A stretch of 64,000 nucleotides of DNA, taken from NCBI RefSeq assembly GCF_009914755.1, contig NC_060927.1; one strand, written 5' to 3'. The notes beneath the pieces are model-generated. The model did not search any database, was not told the DNA's origin, and worked only from the letters and a program-made list of their open reading frames with translations. This DNA is from the human T2T-CHM13v2.0 reference genome, Homo sapiens. The position numbers were made by a program, and so were the translations under genes. This document shows, one piece after another, positions 57,044-64,000 of the stretch; within the stretch, counting starts at the first letter, position 1, and the number at the start of each line of letters is the position of its first letter.

Positions 57044-58219
57044 TAGGTAATCACTAAGAAGTTCTGGACTTTCTCTAGTCCTTTATTCCAAATCCTCACC
57101 AGAATCACCCTTAATGCTCTGACCATGGCAATGCAGGCCTTTATCTAGGTTGCTCCTTCAAATTCTTCCAGGCTCTACCCATTACCCCTACCCAGGTCCA
57201 AAGATGCTTTCACATTTTCAGGTATTTGCTATAGCAATAGCCCCCTTTTGGCACCAGTTTTTGGTCTTAGTCTATTTTCTGTTACTGTAACAGAATACCA
57301 TAGACTGGATAATTTATAAAGAAAAAGGTTATTTATCTCCTGATTAGGGAGGCTGGGTAGTCCAAGAGCATGGCACCTGCATCTGGTAAAAGCCTTTTTG
57401 CTGTGTCTTAATACTGCAGAGGGTATCACATGGCAAGAGGGCAAGAGCAAGAGAGCCAGGGAGAGCTCACTTTTATAACAAAGCCACTCCTGAGATGACA
57501 AACTCACACCCATGGTAGTGACATTAATTTATGGATGGGAGCAGAGCCCTCATTAATCTATTAATCTATTCTTGAGGGCAGAGCCAACATTAATTTATTC
57601 ATGAAGGAAGAGGGATCAAATTTTCAACACATGAACTTTTGGGGAACACATTCAAACCACAGCAATCTAATTCTAAATTTTCAGCCCCTTGAAGGCAAAA
57701 TATTTTTTTCTGATTGGTCTTGGTCTCTTTTGCAGCACAAGGAAGGCATTCAATAAATGATAATTGAATAGACAGCTGGAATGACAAAAGGACTAATAAA
57801 TACATACATGAAAAACATTGTACTCTCTGCTAATATTCTCTTGGGGCAGATAAATACTACAGGCATGATTTGACCCACCCAGAGCAGAGAATAAAGGGTA
57901 GAAACCTAGGGTTAGAACAGTTGCCAGTGGGAGAAACCAATGGCAGAGGACATAGGCCTTGCACATAGTATATGTTCAGAAAATTATGTTTGAATTTTAT
58001 CTGAATTGCAGAGTTTCAGACTAGGTTTGGGATTTTCTGCACACATATACAAGGACAACAGATTGGCCAAAAAAAAGCCAAGAAATTAATGTATGAGACA
58101 GGGCCCTCCATTCCGTGGCTATACAGTAGCCCTATCTCACTTTTGCCTCCTGATGTCTAAAACCTTTTCAAAAGATGATGGTTAAAGATAAATATTGAAA
58201 TACAATTCCCCTAGGTGAT

Positions 58220-58745
58220 CGTACTAGATATTTATGTTTTGGCTTCACAACATCTATTGCCCCTTCTGTAGGAGACAACTTCAACTTTCATTTGGGGATC
58301 CACTTCTCCCCAATTTTAGCCCACAGAATCTGGACCCAAATTGCAATATATGATGCAGGCCTAAGACAATTGGTGCATCACAGTCCCTGGGCCATAGTGA
58401 CTTGTTCAAAGATTGGCATGTGACCTAGGCTAGTCCAATCAGAATGAAGTTTAGAACTTTGGCTGGACATTCTAAACAAGAGTGTTCATTCTTCTATTGT
58501 ATTTGAACGTAGGAGGATATAGAGCCACGTGTTGCTAGCAGCCACTTTTGGGGTATGAGTAAAGAGCCTTTCTCAAAATAGTGCTACCTGACAGTGGAAA
58601 TGGGAATGACTTGCCACAGCCCCTGCGTAGCTCAGCCCCTAAAGCCAAAATTTTTTCTGGACTTTTCTTCTACCTGATCCAGTAAATTCCTTTTTGTGGT
58701 TAAGACCCAGTTTGGGTTTGATTTTCTGTCACTTACAATCAACAG
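58220..58745 (+). mobile_element. old MLT1 (K/L-like) LTR
   Basis: 'ggcatgtgacctaggctagtccaatcagaatga'...'ccagtttgggtttgattttctgtcacttacaa'. Confidence 0.6.
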
Positions 58746-58809
58746 ATTTGAGAGAGGATTCCAAATGTCTTGAAAAAGAGGTGATCCAATGGCTTGAATT
58801 CACAATAAA

Positions 58810-59262
58810 AATAAATGGATATATCACACACTATTGGTGCACCCTTCCAACATTCTCTCTCTGCTCTCCTGGCAGGCGTGAGAACTGCAGCTTGAGGGGA
58901 CAGTAATCATACCTGCTGATGTCTTTCTATCTCAACTGCCCACATATCTGGGAACATTCTCTGGCCATAGGAGCATATTCATCCCATACACATCCCAGAA
59001 TGGATAGTTAATGTCCCCAGAAACAAACTTTAGCCACTGAGGGGTAAGAGTTGGCTTTCCTTCAGTGGGGCCATTCTGAGGTGGGTTTCACAGAGCATAC
59101 CTGATGGAATGGAGTCCTGATTGTCAGCATTAACTCACTCATTGTCCTTCCTCTCTCTTCTGTCTTTTTCTTTCTGTATGATACCTGAAATCATCTCCCA
59201 GATAAAAATCTTGCACCCTAAACTTTATCTCAATGTCTGTTTTGAGGGGAGCCCAAACTAAT
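58810..59262 (+). mobile_element. LTR16-like LTR
   Basis: ends 'cttgcaccctaaactttatctcaatgtctgttttgaggggagcccaaacta'. Confidence 0.6.
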
Positions 59263-59459
59263 AAAATGATTGATAGCTATTGTTTCTAGAAAACAGTGGA
59301 AGGAGGAAAAGAATACTGCAAGGGGAAGGAAATGCCATGAGAAAATTCGAGCACAGGAAAGATACTGGAGCCATCTTCTGTAAGGAGTAACCCACTGCCC
59401 AATCGTTAGAGGATGGAATTAGTATTTGTCACTTAAAGCATTCCCTTCTCTATTATTAT

Positions 59460-59670
59460 GAAAAACAGCACAAGATTTGGAGCACTGAGATCTGAAACTG
59501 ACTTTCAGCTCTACCCCTTCCTGTTACTGTCAACCATCAGCAGGTGACCTAACACCTTTAAACCTTATTTTTCTTATCCAAGGATAATATCTATTGTAAA
59601 GAGTGGCTTTAGGACAGAGAATAAAATATGGGAAATAATTTGCAAAATATAAAGCACTAGGCAAAAGCAA
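59460..59670 (+). mobile_element. MIR fragment
   Basis: 'cagctctaccccttc...aaccttatttttcttatc...aaagcacta'. Confidence 0.5.
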
Positions 59671-60699
59671 TTGATTTGACTTTTGAATACAGAAAAGGCA
59701 ACATTTCCTGACTAAATCCACATCTGAATGTAAAGGAGAAAGTCACACTGAAAATGCATAGTGAAAACATTTTACCCCAGGAGAGTACCCAGACATGAAA
59801 AAGGCTAAGTTCATGATACAAATGCGATCACCAGTTTATGCTGATTTCTCAAATAAGGAGAGCATTCATACCAATCTATCCTCTACAGTTACTATAAGAA
59901 TCAAATTGCTTTCAAAAGAAAAAAGTGGATATTGTTCTTTGAACACATGAGAAAGGTCCCAGCTGGATATTTTGGAAAGAGAAAGGCAGAAGTGAAAGTG
60001 TTTTATGGCCTTAGAAACTTAACTAATTTGGACTCAGAAGTTTACTGCTTCACCAATATTTATGGGATAACAAATTTATCTAGGAATTGTTTTTGTCCCA
60101 CACAACCAAAGTTATTAATTGCCCAGCTGGTGGTTATTAATCTTCATTTCCTAAAACAAAACTAGCCCTATGTTTCTTGCAGGCTGTACATCATACGTAC
60201 AAACCACACCCTGGAAACCAAATTGAGCTCAAGTCAATAGCTCATAAGAGTGACTCCTAAAATGAGGCTTTAAAACTACTTTTAGCCCCCACTTTCTCAG
60301 GCAAAAGAATATTTAATTTAACTTTCCCCTGGGAAGCTCTTGGGAAGAAGAAAGAAAGCATGGCTCTTATTCTTTCAAGAGAAGCATACAAGAAATGGAT
60401 AAATAAAACAGTTAATTTTCCAACTGTATTCCCTTGCTACATCTATTTGTACAAAGCTTCATGACTTCTTTCCTCATGGAGAGGATGCAGCTACAATGCT
60501 TATTTTATATATTTTACTCTGTGGGTAAGATGTGTCAATGAACAGCAAGTGAACAGATCTGCCACACACAGTAGCAGAGGTTGCACACTCCATAACCCTG
60601 AGGTACCATTCATGGTAACTTATGATGGACATGACTCCCTTTGGCTTGTGAGTGCACTCGTTTATGCACTTCTGAGGTTAGTCAAGTAATATGAAGTGT

Positions 60700-61500
60700 C
60701 TGCAAAAAAGCTTTTGACATTATTTTCACCAAGTAGATATTCATGGAAATTCATAAAATCCTTGTTGTAAATGAACATATCAATGACTATAAGCAACTCT
60801 CTTGAAAAAATATGTAAGGTCATTGTTGCCCTTCTGACCAAACAAAAAATGCAAACTCAAGTAATCTCAAAGTATCATTTTATACTATCAAGTTAGCAAA
60901 TATTACTACTAATAATTATGAATTAATGTTCCATTCCACATCAAATGGACTGGCAATCTAGTTCTTAGGTATTTTTTTTTCTGAGATACCAGGTTGCTAG
61001 GTTGAAGCTGCTTCAGATTTCTTGAGATAGAGTAAACTACTCTATCTCTATCAACTACTGATAATATTTTACCTCCAAACAACATTTTTGGAATATAATA
61101 CATAGTGAAAACATAATATGCATATTCATTTTGATGTAGTAATTCCACTATTGGAATAAATACTTCAAGAGAAGAAAAACAAATACGCAAACAAACAAAA
61201 AGCAGTCATGTGAACAATGAATATATTACTTATCATCCCAAACAGGAAGCCATTGAAATATTTAATAACGGAGAAACAGGTAAGTTAATTGTGATCCATC
61301 CAGACAATTTGTAAAGCTAAACATAAAAATAATAAGCTGAATTGATTAATGAAAACTATAAAATCAGAATAACAAATCATATGACTGCAAATATGTAATA
61401 ATACAAAGATATGTGAAGAAAGTTTGGAAAGTAATTTGCAAAATGAAATTGTTATGTTTGAAAGATGGGATCATGGTTTAATCTTCTTTTGAGAATGTTT
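60700..61500 (+). mobile_element. very old L1ME-like fragment
   Basis: 'aaatgcaaa..caagtaa...tatcattttatactatcaagttagcaaa', 'gtaattccactattggaat'. Confidence 0.5.
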
Positions 61501-61746
61501 TAAATATCTATGTTTACTTCCTAATTTAATTTTTTACAAAAGTAATGCTTAAAAAATGTTTAAAAATTAAAGTAGCACAAAATTTAAAGAAATTTCCTTT
61601 ACCCGACCCTTCCTACCTCTGATATCCATTCCCTAGAGAAAACCACTTGGAAGTTCTAGAAGTTACTTCCACATTTTAATATAAAAACTTATCTGCTATT
61701 TATTGATTTTACAGTTTTCTTCTATTATTTTTTATTATGAAAAATG

Positions 61747-62165
<419 letters not shown>

Positions 62166-62626
62166 TTAAATCAATGTTCAGTGGTATGGCTATGTAAGTA
62201 CTGTTCAGAGTTAGTCCATGTAGTACTCTGTGGATTCACTGCCTTCCTTTTATAATTATTTTATTTCCATGGATTTAATCATTGCCTCTTTTTGTTGTTG
62301 TTTTTGTTTGCCTATGTTCTACATAGGTCACACAAAACACAACTATTACTGCTACTAACTACATACTATGCAATAAGCAATATGTAGAAAAACATATTGT
62401 CCTTCCCTGTGAGTTAGAGATTATCTCCATTTTACAAATAGAAATTAAATAACTTGACCAAGTTCTTACAATTAGTGTTTTGCAGAGTTGGAATTTAAGC
62501 CCCAGTCTGTAGTCTATGTAATAAAACACCATGATATATTGCCTATCACTGTGGGGTTTAATGTTGCTTTACATCTAGAAAAACATCATAGATTCAAAAT
62601 GCTTTTAGATTGTTATCCTCGGTATT

Positions 62627-63209
62627 TGTGGCAGGCAGCCTGTCAGATAGCTGTCAATGAGCCCTGGATCCTGGTAGTCACGTCCTGGGGTAATTCCCTC
62701 CCTGTGTGCGTGGATGGATCTAGTGACTTGATTCAAACAAACAGAGTGTGGCAAAAGTACTGGGATGCCCTTTCCAAGATTAAGTATCAAAAGACTGTCT
62801 TTCATCTTGCTTACATTCCCTATCTTGTCATCTTGATTGCCCTCTCTGACGATGCCAGCTACATGTTGCAGATGATCCTATGGGGAGGCCCATGTGGCAG
62901 AGAACTAAAGGAGGCCTCTGGCCAGCAGCCAGTGAAGAACTCAGGCACTCTGTTAAAAGCCCATGAAGAATGGAATCCCGACAAAAATCTCTTGAGTAAA
63001 CTTAGAAGAAGATCCATCCCCAGTCAAGCCTGAAGATGAGACTGCAGCCCAGCCAGCACCTTGATTAGGCCTTGTTAGGGACCAGAGAACTCAGCTAAGC
63101 CATGCCTAGATTCTTGATGCACAGAAACTGTGAGATAATGACTATGGGTTAGTTTAAGTCACTAATTTGGAGAGAGTAATTTATTAAACAGTAATAAATA
63201 ACTAGTACA
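62627..63209 (+). mobile_element. MLT1E/F-like LTR
   Basis: 'tgtggcaggcagcc...ggatctagtgacttg...gaggcctctggccagcagccagtga...cacagaaactgtgagataat...aataactagtaca'. Confidence 0.8.
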
Positions 63210-64000
63210 GCAATGTTCCTACACATATACATCTATAGAACTTAGGAAATCCACAATAAAATAACCAACTCAACAATGGAAGTTACGGTTTTGAAGAATG
63301 ACCATCCATCAAGATGGGGCAAGCAACCAGAAGAAAATTTTTACAATTATCCATTTTTGAAACTTGAAATTTATGTACTTCCTTGTTTGATGATGCATTA
63401 GCATGAAGTGCTTACCATAATAAAAGGTTTTCCATCATGATGTAGAATATTTTTTAAAATCATTGGAGGCAGCAGAGGAAGTAGACTTTCACATTCAGTG
63501 ATGACTTAGGACTGTCCTTTGTATTCAATCATAAAGCTTTTTACCCATAATAAAGTCATTAGCATAGAACAGTGATATTCTCTACTAAGTTGTGTTTCCA
63601 GAATGTGTGTGATTTATTTCTCATTTATACTATGCATCTTTGTCTCTTTCTAATTTCTTTTCATTGGGTATTTGGAAAGACATCACTTCATAACCAAGGA
63701 ATTAAAGGGAGACCAGTGACAGGCAAATGGCTTTACTAAATGCTCTCAAGCTTCTCCAAAGATTTTATCCTGTGTGGAAGATGAGCCATTATTAGTTTCT
63801 AAACAATAGCTTACTTACTTCTGGATTTTATTTCAACTTAATGAATAGAGATGCACTAAGTAATAACCACTTATCATATTCACAAATCCTAATGCCTACA
63901 CCTGCATATTTTATTATTTTGTTTTCCTATACCTGCTTCCATCTCCTGAAAGGGGTCTCTAACATACATTCAAGGTCTTTCTAGAAAAACGAGTGGTGGG

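Noticed and set aside
62488-63033. 181-aa ORF
   Set aside because: Starts at TTG and runs from MIR-like sequence across an MLT1 LTR; no protein similarity recognised.

Overview
Primate, most likely human, non-coding genomic DNA (intergenic or deep intronic). It is AT-rich and CpG-poor, with no CpG island and no credible protein-coding gene. The longest ORFs are explained by a 35-bp tandem repeat, Alus, decayed L1 ORF2 or LTR sequence, and the rest look like chance. The window is a layered transposon landscape: old MIR, L2, MER DNA transposons and LTR16/33/MLT elements; a ~5.4 kb antisense L1M; a two-LTR MST (MaLR) provirus with nested insertions; THE1 LTRs (one nested antisense inside another); eight Alus; and a young HERV-H LTR7 solo LTR with a perfect TSD. 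There is also a 33-nt tailless U2 snRNA retrocopy. I found no evidence for a new biological system. The most interesting signals are several apparent fold-back or templated-insertion scars, an 82-bp perfect palindrome, a polarised VNTR with a micro-inversion variant, the nested LTRs, LTR7, and two candidate + strand non-coding exons. Repeat family names come from my recall of consensus sequences, and boundaries of old repeats are approximate.
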